The position numbers and the translations under genes are program-made. A stretch of 64,000 nt of DNA from the human T2T-CHM13v2.0 reference genome, Homo sapiens, in the NCBI RefSeq assembly GCF_009914755.1, contig NC_060925.1. The stretch is one strand, 5' to 3'. The notes under the pieces were generated by a model. The model ran no database searches. It was not told the DNA's origin and worked only from the letters and a program-made list of their open reading frames with translations. Below, in pieces: positions 14,927 to 29,640 of this stretch; positions within the stretch are counted from its first letter, which is position 1; every line of letters begins with the position of its first letter.

Positions 14927-15638
14927 TAACTCTGGGCCTGGAAGCCAGGAAGTCCAAGCTGAAGCTACGGACTCAAAGACAAGCTCAGGATCTGGGGGCA
15001 AGATGGCAGCTGAAGTGTGGAGACTCAGACACAGGCAAAAGAATCCAGAATGCTGCTGGATGATGACTATAAGCTACCAGGAGGTTATGAGAGGAGTGAT
15101 CTGCACTTCCTGACCCGGCTCAGGAAACAGTGGCTGGGCGTGGGCAGCCTTGGGTACATAAGGAAGTGACTTCAGCCGATCATGGAATAAGAGGATGTAA
15201 CCTTGGGTGTGCTCTGACCTGCAGCAGGGATGAGCAAGCCGGGCTTACCCAGAGGTTCTTTCTCTACTGGGTGTGAGTTTCTAAATATACACACACTCAT
15301 CTGTTCAATCCATTCAAATATTTACCCTCATTGAACAGGACTTCTGAGGCTTTTGGTTTCGACTGCCCTAGTTGCCAGCTAAGACAGCAGTAATCTAGAA
15401 CCTGGCTCCTGAGCCCACCAGTACCATCTCAGTCCCTTGCATGAGAAGGGGAGTAGTGAACCCGAACTCCAAGAACAGCAAGCACTTGCCATATCATCCA
15501 TTCCCCAGTGACTTCCACTAGCAAAGGGAGACTTTTAAAAAGAAAAAAACCCAGGCAACTCCAAAGTCATTTGTAAAATGTTATTTACTCTCCTCCTAAG
15601 TAGAATGACCTTCCTAAACTGTCTGGTTTGGGCTTATC

Positions 15639-15687
<49 letters not shown>

Positions 15688-15688
15688 T
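15639..15688. repeat. A(n)(TA)n microsatellite
   Basis: Read directly. Confidence 0.9.
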
Positions 15689-16731
15689 TGCCTCCTCAAA
15701 AACAGGGACTTTGAATAAGTTTTGTGGCCAGGGGAACAACACTGAGACGCAAACTGGAGGCAAGGATGTCAAATGCACCCAATGAGAATATCTATCCCTC
15801 TCCCTGCCAATCTCCTCTCTCACCACTCCCACCACCTCTTCTTTCCCCAAATCATAAAGTGTCACTCACACCTTCACCCTCTGACATGACGATTAGAGAG
15901 TCCAGGTAGTGGGGTCACATGGAGAGAACCTTGAAACTTGTCGTGAATTTTTAAAAGTCAGCACATTCTAGAATTCACACACAGTGACCCTCCCTTCACT
16001 ATCTAGAGCAAGCAAAGGTCCTCACTTTGGGAGACTTCTCATTTCCCTGTTCTGGCCTTAAAGCAGCCCTGCCAACTGCAGAAGAACGGTGCTGGCAGAT
16101 GAGAGATGCACCAGGCTTTTCAGGCATCTGGCCACAGGTTGAGTCTTTCACCTGGGAAATAACATCATGTTCTCCACGGCAATGAGTATGTGTTTCCTGA
16201 GTTTAAGAGAACTTTAGCAAGCAGAACTCAGTTCTGCAAGGCAGAACAAACTTTAGCTACAGAGAGAAAGAGAAGGAAAACAGCTCCAGGCTAGACTCTG
16301 ATCATTCCCACATGAAGCCTCCTTGGAATGGCTTCCTGGTTGCCCTTAAAGTTCATCTTAAAGGTACCAACACCTAAATCATAGGCTTATTTAGGTGCAC
16401 CAGAGACACAGCTGCACAAAGCCACCCGCATGACCTGGGATACGTGTGTGCTTACAGGGGGATTCTATGGGAAACTGGACCACAGGAGCTTTAGCGATGG
16501 CTTGGAAACAACTTCCTGAAGGCAATATTGTTAGATGCCGAAGTATTTCACTACCAAGGTTCCCCATAAATACTGAGGAGAGAGGGGAGCAGTGGACGAA
16601 CGAAGAAGGCAATGACTCAATAGTTCCTGGTTTCAAGTTATTTCCAACAGATGCAGAGAGCTGGATGAAACGACCATTTCATTTCTACATTGGCCATTTC
16701 ATGGCCATTTCTGCAAAACTGTCCCCCTATA

Positions 16732-16969
16732 CCAAGGTTTCTCAACCCCAGCACGATTGATATTTTGGACCAACAACTCTGTTGTAGGGACAGTTGTTCT
16801 GTGCATTGTATAATATTCAGCAGGATACCTGTTTTCTACACACCAGATGCCAGTAACACCCTTCCTGCAGCCCAGTTATGACAACCAAAAAATGTCTCTG
16901 GACATTGCCAACTGTCCCCTGGGAGCCAGAGCTAGGGAGTACAGAATTGCCCCTGGTTGAGACCCACTG
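16732..16969. mobile_element. MER20 (hAT-Charlie MITE)
   Basis: TTTCTCAACC...GACAACCAAAAAATGTCTCTGGACATTGCCAA...GGTTGAGACCCACTG termini. Confidence 0.85.
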
Positions 16970-17004
16970 CCCTACACTAACAAATCATGTTTGATCCTAG
17001 TCCT

Positions 17005-17104
17005 GGGTGAAGGGAGTGAAAACCAAGAAGACCAAGGAGATGACACAGTTCCCAATCAGCAAAATCCAAGGCTTAAATTTCCAGTGGCTGCCAGAGCCCT
17101 GAAG
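17005..17104 (+). repeat. 100-bp local duplication, copy 2 (putative insertion)
   Basis: Copy of 14827-14926 flanked by TGATCC[T/C]AGTCCTGG repeats. Confidence 0.93.
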
Positions 17105-18462
17105 CCTTCACTCCCATAGGCATGATCCCAGTCCTGGCCTCTCAGTGTAATCATCCACTTTGTAAAGAGTTGAGTAAATTTAGCCTGGTCATTATCTCCC
17201 AGGGCATTAAGAAAACAGAAGCTCCTCCAGACAAGTCACCACCATCAGATCTGAGGAGTGGGAGAGGGAGCCAGCAGGGGAAGATGTCCTGTCACCCACA
17301 GACCTCCACTCTTTAATCCCACAAAACCCACCTCTTCCAAGATACATCGACACCAGGGCAGAGACTCAGCCAACCAAAGAGAAACTCCCAACTGTCCAAG
17401 AGTCTCACAGCCACTGTGTCCCCATCATAATTCACTTCAGTTGTTGGGTATACAAATACCATCTACGTGGCTAAGTTTCTGGGAGGAGGGAAAGTACATC
17501 TCAGTCCCTCAACACTTGTTCGACTAACCATCCCAGCTCCTGGCTTTCCTCCACTTGTCCACCTTGACTGAAAGGTGTCCTTGGTGCCAGATGCCCTAAA
17601 GAAAATCTACCAATGCTAGGGTCTTGCCCTCCAGGGCCTTGGGAGTCAAGGTTGGCAGCATTGGCTAAGAGGCATAAAAGAAGGTGAAGGTACTGAAGTG
17701 GAAATTCCAGACACACAAGGGAGAGACAGACAGATGGATGGAAGACTAAGTCCAAGGGACAGCATCAGTGGTGGGGGTGGAGCCAAGTCTTCAAGGGACA
17801 GAGTCAGGGAGGCCTGTGGGACAGGCTGACAAGCTTCTGGGCTTTGGAAAACGGAAGATCCTGTGTAACCACACACTTTCCCAAGCAGAGATGATGCTGA
17901 CTGTGTTACTGACTGTAAATCTAGTCCACTCAGGGCTGGGTTTGGCTCACTCTGGGCCGGCCCCCCACCAGCTACAGTTTTGCTAAATTTAGTGCTGTTC
18001 CCAGCCACCCAAACGACTCTGCTCTTCGTGTCCATTTCAGGTTCAGTCAGGGACAGACAGAGAGGAATGGGACTTGTCCAGAAGAGATCTGCCCTCATGT
18101 GACCCTCTCCCTTCCCCGCTGAAGTCAGGGGCCCCAGGGAGCAGAAGATGTGAGAAACCAGTTGGAGGTCTCCAGGGCTCTGAAGCAGGCTCTGCCCTCT
18201 AGGTGGCATGCAGAGTGAGAAGGGCCACTGATCCCAGGAAGATCACCCCACACCACCTAGGTTTCACTCTTTGGGGGTCACAGATGCTGTGGGGTGGCAG
18301 GGGTCCTACTCCCTCAGATACTATATGGCATGGTGGGTGGACAGACAGACATCCTCAGGGTAGGACTGGAGGAAGGCCCCTCTGCAGTGCTTTGGAGAAT
18401 CTTGGAGATAAAAAATGTATTCAGTCAAATATTCAGAGGCTGTAAAACAGAGAAGGTTAAGG

Positions 18463-18628
18463 GAGTGGTCCTTAAACCTGGGTGCACATTGGAATCACCT
18501 GGGAAGCCTCAAAAACTGATGCCTGTGTCCCAGCACCCCAAGAGACTCTGATGTAATCGACCTGGGATTTGGAAATTCTGAAAGATTCCAAGGTGATTCT
18601 AATATTCAGACGAGTGGGAAGCAGTGGG
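18463..18628. mobile_element. MER5A-like DNA element
   Basis: GTGCACATTGGAATCACCTGGGAAG...GGTGATTCTAAT. Confidence 0.75.
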
Positions 18629-21052
18629 TTAACAGCATGCCCTGCTGCTGTCACTGAGTTCCGCCTTTCAGGCTGCCCTGGTAGACTCCTCACCCAACTA
18701 CTGCCTTGCTATGTCACCCACCAAGGGCAAGTTATTTAACCTCTCTACGCCTCAGCTGCACCAACTGTAAGGTGCACATAATGATACAGAACATCTATCT
18801 CTAAGGTTGTTGTGAAGCTGTAATGAGACAATCCATGTAAAGCACACAGAACATGGTATACAAGATGTGTTCCCTGAAAGCTAGGAATCATTATTATTAT
18901 CTGTTATAATGAGGAGGAAGAGAAGGAAAAAACAGGGAACCCATAGAGCTGGGTCTACATTGCCCAAGGAATAAAAGTCTCTAGCACTAAGCCATGACCA
19001 TCTCAGGAAGTGGGCAAGAAGAGGCTCCACGGCCATCTCCACAGTCCTTTCAGGAGGACACTCACCCATTCCCCCTGCTGCTGTTCATGCTGTTTCTCCT
19101 ATCTTCCAAGCCCTCCCCTCTTCCCTTCTTTCTAAATCCCACCACTCAGGGCCCAGCTCTGACCACCCCAGGGCTCTCTCCCTTCTCAGGTGAGAAAACC
19201 CTGAGGTCTCTCCAATAATACTTCCCCTCCATACCTATCGGTCTACAGGATGAATGAATGCTTTGATATGGACTAGCCTTGTAGCCTCAAAAGGAGGCTA
19301 CAAATAAGCAACTTGGGAGGAGGGCCTGATTCTCATGCTTCTGTGTGTTCCCTATGACACCTAGCACCATGCTGGGCACACAACTCTGGATTAATGAATA
19401 TCTGTGAAATGAAAACACATGTTGAGCCAGCAAAGCTAACTGCACATCAGCAAGAATCCAGGCTCAGTGTCCAAGAGAAGCAGGCCCAGCACCCAAGTTG
19501 CTGGCCCAGCTCCCCATTCCATCATTACAAGGACACACCACCACCCAACTCCATCATAAGAGATCCCACCCACCTAGTCCCAGAGCCTGTGGCTCCTGCC
19601 AGAAAGCCACTGACCCCCATGATTCCCTAAACCCCAAAAGAGCCAGGAAAAACCCAGCTCTGCCCACAAGGGAGTCCAGAGCAGCTGGCCACCCAACAAG
19701 CTGTAAGCCTCTTACAGATTAAAGGTCCTAATTTAAACCTCTATTTGAGGTACGACAAGTGGGTCAACACTCTGCAGGTCGGTCAGTGCAGCTGGTGGAA
19801 GGAGAGGCAACTATGACCCAAGAAAGGCTCTTCTTCTTCGGGGGGAAAGATGGAGCCAGAGAATCACAGATCTAAGTGGAATCACTGAGGTGACAGGAAG
19901 TTCATTCTGATGCACCACGAATCCTACCCCCACCCTGCCCCCAGATCGCCGGGACTCCACCCTCCCTAGGCAACGAACCTGAGAAACAGAGAATATAAGG
20001 ACAAAACCACAGTCGGGATGGCCTTCCTCTTCCTGCTATGGCTTTGGTATGTGGGGAAGAAGGAAATTTGCTGCTAAAAGATAAAATTTTTTTAAAGCGA
20101 AGAGACAGTTAATAAAGCCAGGAACCAAGAGAAGAGGGAAGGGGCTGGATATGCTGCTGCATTCTAGGGAATCATACCCTGGTGAGAAGACAGGGAAGGT
20201 GACCTTTGCTCCTAAACCTGGCTGAGGTTTTCCTGATCTTTCTCCCTAGCTCCTCCGCAGCAGGAAACACCAGGCATGGGTGAACAGCTGCAGACAAGCC
20301 TAGGATCATGCTGTCAGAAGCTGACTCTGGCTGCTCTTTAAAAAGAGCCCTCTCACCACATCTGTCTCCATAGAGATGGCCCCTGGGGAAGTGGCTGGAA
20401 CCCACTGTCTACACTAAGAGCAGAGAAATCCTTCCAGGACAATGTTTCTCAAATTTTCTGGACCCTGATTCATAGTAGGAAATCAATGTTATGCAGTAGC
20501 CCAACACAGGCATATATGTGCACTTATCTATATGTATCACTCTCTCTATATATATAACTGAAACAAAGTTTCATGAAATAATACTCATCTTTACTATGTA
20601 CTACGCAATCTAATATTTTCTATTCTATATATATTTTAAAGGCTGGTCTCAACCCGCTAAATTGATCTCACCCATTATGGCCTCTGGACCTGCAGTTTGA
20701 ACATTACTCTGCAGGAAATGGAAGAGGCTCTTCTCCTTGAAAGAACTTTTAAAATTCCCTCACAGACTAACCTCCCTACAAAGAAAATTCCTGCTAAGCC
20801 AATGAGTGAGGTGAGAAAATTGGAACCTCAGTTGCCCAGTCCTTTCTCTGCCATATGCATAAGACGTGGCTGCCTCAGAGAGCCCCAGTCTGCCCCACCT
20901 CTCTCAAGGTGCAGGAGCTCCCCCCACACCCGCAGTGATGCCTCCTGGTACTGGCCTAGCACCTAAGCACAAGCCAGTGCAGGGCTGATTGTCACCATCA
21001 TTCACTGGGATCAAGCATTGCCTCACCACCCCTCAACCTCACCCTCCACTAA

Positions 21053-21489
<437 letters not shown>

Positions 21490-22151
21490 TGTTTTTGTTT
21501 TTTTAACTGATGGTACAGATACACATTTTATGGGAATCTTTTTAATGTCAGGAAAAAAAAACAATCCAACCTTAAACCTCCCTCAGCCCAGTCTTCCTGC
21601 TTTTCCAAGAGGCCTGCGAAATACCTCCTCCTCCAGACAGCCCTCCCTGATGGATGAGGACAGCTAAGGAATTCTACAAACCCTATGCCATGGTAATATA
21701 AAACTCTAATGACTCCTTTCCACACTCACCATTCCCACAAATGTAACATGCTGCCTCTCTGAATCCATCATTATGGCCTGGGTGGGTATCTAAGTTGGAA
21801 ATCATGTTACAGAAAAAAACTTAGCATAAGCATTCAATATTTTGAATCAGTAAGTTGTAAAGGTTATTTTTTTTTTATTTTTTCCAAGTAATAGAACAGG
21901 TATTTTTGTCCCCTGCTAAGTGGAGCAAACGCTGGATCTCTCCATTTGTGTCAGTGTGCAGACTCCCATTCCCCACTGCTTTCCCAAGCTCCTCGGGACC
22001 ACTGTCATGCTTGCTGCTTATCAGCGCCCTCCAAACCCAGAATGTCCACTCAGTGCATTTGGGCAAGTCCCAAAGACTCCAGGAGAAAAAGCATCTTATC
22101 ACCACCATAAGAGCGCAGTGAGCATTTGACGGCTCACCAGCCTATAGCAGG

Positions 22152-22479
<328 letters not shown>

Positions 22480-24388
22480 TAACAGGTTTTTATAACTTGG
22501 GATCTGTGAATCCTCTGACGGTGTATGCCAAATTGGGGCTTTTATTATTTTTTTCTCCTGGAGAGACTATAGCTTCCATGCAATTTCTAATATGAACTGG
22601 CAGGAAAATAAGTTAAGAGCCACCAAAACCAAATTCTTAGAAAGTTAATCGAGGGCCTCCCAAGACTGCCTCTACCTCTCCAATACACAGCCCTTCCTCT
22701 GCCACTTACACTCTCTCTGAACATCCCAACCTCCTTCTGCCAACAAGCCATTTCCTCCTTCAGTTTTGTGGTGGTCTGGCATGAACTTTCAGGTGAAGTC
22801 CTCTCATCCTTGAACACTTACTTATTAACAAACACCTATTTACTGAGCACTTGATGGGGCCAAGCATCATGCTAGGCTCTGAGGATACAGCCATAAACAA
22901 GATGGATGAGATCTTCCTTGTGTTTCCAGAGACATCCTCCAGCTCCCAACCCCATTTAAGGCTAATACAACAGTTTCTTACACTTCATTTGTGTCACATT
23001 TACACACTATTTTAGGTGAAGGTATCTGTCTACCTCACTTATTCCTTCTCCATCCCCACCCCACTCCATCCAAAAAGAGAAACAGACACAGAATCTTTCA
23101 CAGAGGCCATCCTAAGTAAATGCACATCAATCCATGAATGCTGATGGGCTCACCAGTGGTCCAAGCAGCAAGACTAGCATACCAGGGCAAGCCTGACTCA
23201 GCAACACAGGGTCCAGGGGACCTTGGGAGATGTCTCTGTTACAGCAAAGAGAGCATGGGGCCTCTGTTCCTCAGCCACAGCCTGCAGTTCTCATTCCAGC
23301 TGCTGATCTTTCAAATTGTGCATGCAGTCAGGGAAGTTAGAAAAACAACGCCCAAGTAGATGTGTCTGGCTGACCTACCTCCTGGACTATCCAGGTGGAG
23401 GAGAAGCATACATCTCAGATATCTGCACCAATACTTTCAGCATGTAAACTGATGGAAGACATCAAACAATGCATCAAAGACATATACCCCTCTCATGAAG
23501 AAGAGAGCTGGCTGCTCTAGATACCACAGCCATCTCTTCTAGCAATCTCTGCCAGCTCATTTCCAGAGCATCTGAACACAACCATCTACTTCCTAAATCA
23601 CAACATGGCAGTGACTAGAGCTGCCACCATCCCTTTCTACCTGTCAGATGCAGAAGGATGCACAGCCAACAGTAACAGGACCACAGAGCTGTTTCTCTAA
23701 TATCACAAAAGCTTTCAATACTGTTAATGAAATGGCTCTAGCAGCCACCAAAGAAATCTGCTACTGGACTTTGTTGTCCAAGAAATATGACCTTATGGTA
23801 CTGAGGTCAGAGAACAGGACACTCCTCAGCACTATTCAGTCAACAAATATTAGTGAAACACAGCACTGTCAGGTACTATAAACAACAGAAAAGACAAGAC
23901 TCAACCTTTATGTCAATCAAAGGTTGTTAGGGAAGCAAGGTTACTATAGAAGAAACAATCAGAGCAATCATCTCTAATGTGGCATGTATAAGCAGATCCA
24001 CTAGGATGAAGAAGAAAATATTACAATGTTTATACTTTACCAAAATACAAAAAATTAAATTTTACTATTATTTAATACGGGAATTGACACTGACACACTC
24101 CTTCAATTTGTGTGTTGGGTGGTTGCTGTATTTAAGGTACCAGAGGAATCCTTGTGTCTGAGTAGGAGATCCAGATGCAGAAGGGTAGACAGTGACACCC
24201 CCAGTTGCCTGTTGATTTAGTACAGTTTACATCTGCCCAGTGAAGCAAAGTTAAAGACACCATCTTCAATACAATAAACAACAGTCCTTTGTAATAAGAC
24301 GGTGAGACCCGAACGTCATCTGACCACATTGTCACTAATTATCTCGTGGTAAAAATATCTAAGAGTTGCTCAGCTTAGAGAAGAATCA

Positions 24389-24683
24389 GGCCAGGTACGG
24401 TGACTCACACCTGTAGTCCCAGTGCTTTGGGAGGCCCAAAACAGAAGGATCTCTTGAGACCAGGAGTTCAAGACCAGCCTGAGAAACACAGCAAGACCCC
24501 CGTCTCCACAAAAATTTAAAAATCAGCCGGGCATCATGGAGCACATTTGTAGTTCTCACTACCAGGGTGGCTGAGGATTGCTTGAGCCCAGGAGTTGGAG
24601 GCTGCAGTGAGCTATGATTGTGCCACTGCACTCTAGCCTGTGCAACAGAGTAAAACTCTGTCTCAAAAAAAAAAAAAAAAAAA
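24389..24683 (+). mobile_element. AluJ-type
   Basis: Diverged full Alu with A tail. Confidence 0.92.
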
Positions 24684-24699
24684 GAGGAATTATACTTTT

Positions 24700-25370
24700 T
24701 TTAAACCAGAAAACAAGAGTTCTAAAATGTGCTGACCTCTTCTGTAATGAGTGCCAGTAAGTAGAATGCTACTTAATGGGTATTTTTAAACAAACAAATA
24801 AATACTCTGTATCTTTATGGTGAAAGTAGAATTTTTTTTAATGGGTAAGAAAGCCATTGTTCTTTTAAAACAGGCACTTGGAAATCATTTCTACCATTAT
24901 GTGATAATGTTGCCAATTTCAATGTAAGGATGTCATCTCTAAAATCTCCTTATCTGCACACACTCAAAACAGAACATCAAAACTTGTTTTAAAATCTCCC
25001 AAAATGAAGTATTTCAGGGGTCTTGAACCCATTTATTAAATTCAACATATAAAAGTATTAAATTTTGCAATGAGTTTGTAAGAACAACTGATTGATATCA
25101 AGACTGACTGAAATATATTAGCTGGATTTCAACAAAAACCTTTGCAGAAAACAGTGGATGTGACTAAAAAACAAGTTATCAAGATTTCGTAAGTATAATC
25201 CAGGATGAATTTCTGCCATGGGCATCTGCATATCATTGTGAGGTCTCTTTTGAAATATCCTGACTCAAAACAGAACTTCTAGCTGCAAATGACACCAAGC
25301 TATTCTGAAATAATAAATTATGCTCAATTGCAATGTTCTTAGTGAAAAAGAATCATTCTTAATAGATAAT
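24700..25370 (+). mobile_element. hAT-Charlie transposase fossil (C-terminal region)
   Basis: Manual translation gives EQLIDIK (25082-25102) and FLPWASAYHCEVSF (25210-25251), resembling the hAT dimerisation motif LLPFxSTYLCExSF; broken frame. Confidence 0.7.
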
Positions 25371-25849
25371 TTCACTTAATTCTTCAACAAATATCCATCT
25401 CTTATATACACATGTCAGGCACTATTCCATGCTCTGAGATATAGCAGGGGACAAAACTCACAAAAATCCCTTCTCTCATGGAGCACATATTCCAGTGGGG
25501 AGAGAGAGAAAATATACTAATATAAATAAATAGTATGCCAACTGGTGAAAAAAACACTACATGAAAGGGATGCAAGGAAGGCTAGAGAATGCTGGGGGCT
25601 TGGGGGACCCTCTGAGAAAGTAACATCTGAGCACAGACCCAAAGGAAGTAAGAGATTTAACCACAGGGCTATCTGGGGAAAAGCATTCCAAACAGAGGGA
25701 ACTGGAGGTACAAAGGCCCTAAAACAGGAAATGCCTAGTATACCTAAATAACAGCAGGAGGCCAGTGATGCTGGAGCAAAGTGCAAGTTGAAAACAGTAA
25801 CAGGAGATAGATACAGAAGTAACGTAATAAAGCCGGGTAAGGTCGTATG

Positions 25850-26150
25850 GACCTGTATTGTGCAAGATGGCAGCCACTAGCCATGTAAGGCTATGGAGTA
25901 CATGAAATGCAACTAGTTCACATGGAGATGTGCTTTGACTATTACTTAGTACAACAAACAAACAAAACAAAAGCAACGTAACATATCTCAGAAGTGAAAA
26001 TACTGTTAACATACTGGGCTAAATAAAATACATTATCAAAATTAACTTCGAGTGGTTCATTTTCCATTCATTTTTCCTTTATCAAAAACTTTTAAATTAC
26101 CTACGTGACCCTCATGTGTAGCTTACATTATATTTCTATTGGGCAGTGAT
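25850..26150. mobile_element. MER3/MER33-like hAT MITE
   Basis: GCAGCCACTAGCCATGT...GAAATGCAACTAG motif. Confidence 0.65.
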
Positions 26151-26735
26151 GAGATAAGCTATGAGGTCTTATGGACCACAGTAAGGGTGATTGCTTTTAC
26201 TGAGAGAGAAGAAAAGCCACTGCAGGGTTTGGGCACAGCAGAGCATGATGTGACTTAACATTTCACGGATTGTTTTCGCTGCGGGGAGGACTACAGCCTC
26301 TAAGGGGCAATAAAGAAGCAGATGAGAGAGGATGGTGGCTTGGACCAAGGTGGTGGCAGCGGAAGTAGTTCTGATAGATGAAATTTTGGATATATTTTAC
26401 AGGTAGAGTCAACAAGACTTACTGATGAACTGGATGAAGGACAGATGAGAAAGAGGGAAATCAAGCATGACCAGAGGTGTTTTCGATAAGCAACTGGAAG
26501 AACAGCATTCCCATAAATGGGATGGGGAGACTGCAGGAAGAACATATTGGGGAGGGAAACCAGGAGTTCCATTTTGGACACGTTTAGTGAAATATCTGTT
26601 AATATCAAAGCTGAAATACTAAACAGGCAGATGGAGACACAGGTCTACAGTTCAGAAGAGAGTTTGGGCTGCAGACAAATGATTAAGGGTCAACAGCATA
26701 TAGACTTTTTAACTTTCCATTATAGAAAATTTCTG

Positions 26736-27110
<375 letters not shown>

Positions 27111-29169
27111 TCAACAATGATCAGCTCATGGTCAATCTTATTGATCTCCCAGGATTACACTGAAGCAAACTCTGGAGATCACTCATATAGATGGTATTAA
27201 AAGCCATACAACAGGAGAGGATCACAGACAGAATGAGAGAAGATAGAGAGGAGGTGCCCAGGGCCTTTAATGTTTAGAGGTCAGGGAGATGAGAAGCCGA
27301 GAAGGAATGGCCAATTAGGCAGATGGAAAGCCAGAAATACACACCCTGGAAGCCAAGTGAAGAAACAGCGTCAAGGAAAAGGGTATGATCAGCGGTGCCA
27401 AACTGAAGAGCTCCTGTGAGGAAGATGAAGAAGTGACCACTAGAGTCAGGATCATGGGAGTTACCATGGACCTTGCCAGGAGCACTTTCATCAGAGTGGT
27501 GTGAGTCAAGAGAGGATGTGAACACAGCAAGGACTGAAAATATGGAGGGACAGATGATGGGGCAGTAGCTGGGAGAGGTGACCAAAGAAGACTTTTTGAA
27601 GATGAGAAAGCCTTTGGAAACGATCGAGCAGGGGGAAAAAGTGGTGATGCAAGGAGGAGGGGACAGGCTGGGGCAATGTCGAATATGTGAGAGTAACTGA
27701 AATTTAGGGCAAAGTAGAAGGCTGCCCTCGGACAGAACCATGAAGAGTTCATTTAGGAAGAAGGTAGGGAATACAATATATCCTAGCCATTTGAAGTCTT
27801 TTGTTTTGTGTTTTATAATACTATAATGTATTTTAGCACAGCACTACTTTTTATAAATTATAAATACACACACAAACAAGGGGAATTGCTCAAAAGTTTT
27901 AACTGATATGGGCACACAATCAAAACGATTAAAGACCACTTAACTGAAAGAAAACAAAACATATCATCAGAGGCTGAACATGCCTTCAGTGACAAGGAGA
28001 TATGTATCATAAGGATACTAGGTTTTATATCTGAAAATATACTTTTATTAACTAAGATTTTTTTAAAGGCTCAGACACTATAATCCAGTAACTACAATAC
28101 AGTTGCATTTGAACTGAAAATGCAAAAATATAAGAAGAATCATGGACCATTCTCAAAATCAGAGCATCACAGGAGTCAGAGTCTGATTATTTACTTACAT
28201 AAAGAAATGTAAATCAGTTAAAAGTTTTATCAGCAAGACAGGCCTGAATTGTATCATCATATTTAGCTACTGAGGCAGACTGGCTAACCAATACACAACG
28301 AACAGCAAATCAAGAAAGTGGGCCTGTCATCTGAAAGGCTGGCAGGTAGCCTAATTGGAACAGGCAAAAGCCCCAAACCAACCTGAAGTCCACAAAGCCA
28401 CAGAAACATCCAATTTGCTCAAACATATTAGCAACACTTGGCTTTTGCCAAGCCCTGTAACAATTCAGAGCCCCCCTCTTTAAACGTTTTCATTTAGCCT
28501 CTCCACAATCCACCAATTCAGGAAGCTCTCCATTTTAAATTTCAGAGCTATCCACACTCAAGCCCAAAAGTGTTACATGGATACACACAAGGCCCAAGCA
28601 GCACCACAGTTAGAATGCCGGGTCGTGTGGCTATGAGACACAGGCCTGCCACAGAAGCCATGCCTGGCTTCTTGAACATTCTAGGCGCACCTTTGTCAAC
28701 CACATAAAATGACAGCATGAGAGCATGAACACCAAGCTATAAAAACGTGGCAGGTCTGCCTGCACAGAAGTGACGGTTGTGGTCACACTGCTCAGCTGGG
28801 GTGAACGCACGGGGAAAACTGCCAAGCAGCAGCTCTCCTGTGGTCAAACTGTAAGCTCCAGGAGTTGGGCCCTGTCTGTCCTTTTCACAGGTGTAGGCCC
28901 AGTGTCCAGTACAGCTCCTGAAACAGAGCAGGCTCCCAAGAAACATCTACTGAAGGAAGGGAAAAATGACTAGCTACATTAAACCATAAAGGCAAGAGGG
29001 ATCATGAAAAAATGCTCAAAATCATAAAAATCATCTAACAAAACTCAGGAAGCTGTTGATGGCAGCTGACTGGGAAGAATCGTGGGTAGCTAAGTAAATC
29101 TAAAAGGTAGAATTGCAAAACATAAATTCTTTTAAGAATGACCATAATCTTTATTAACAGAGCCTTGAA

Positions 29170-29640
29170 GATTTGTCATCAACTAAATGAAACATGAGGA
29201 TCTTGTTTGGAGCCTGACTCAAACCAACTGGCTGTTTTCAAAAAAAAAAAAAAAAAAGAAAGAAAGAAAGAAATTGAGACATCGAAGGAAAGTTAAACAC
29301 CATTTGGATATTTGGATGACAGGAGATATTTAGGGATGACTGTGCTTTTTCAAGGTGTAATAATACCACTAGGGTTATGTTTTTAAAAGGTATTATCATT
29401 TAGAGATATATTAAAAAGTATTTATAGATAAAATAATACAGGATCTAGGTCTTGCTGTAAAATAATCCAAGAAGGGAGTAAGAAAAAGGTGGGTGAAGGT
29501 ATAAAAGAAATGAGAAAAGCCATGTGTTGATTACAAGTCGAAAAACTGGGGGATGGGAACATTGAGGTGTATTACGCTAACTCTATCTTTGTGTACCTGT
29601 GAAAATTTCCATTGACAAATTTGAAAAAAAAAAAAAAGAC
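29170..29640 (+). mobile_element. Old L1M 3' UTR fragment
   Basis: TATTTATAGATAAAATAATA...GTGAAAATTTCCAT + A tail. Confidence 0.6.
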
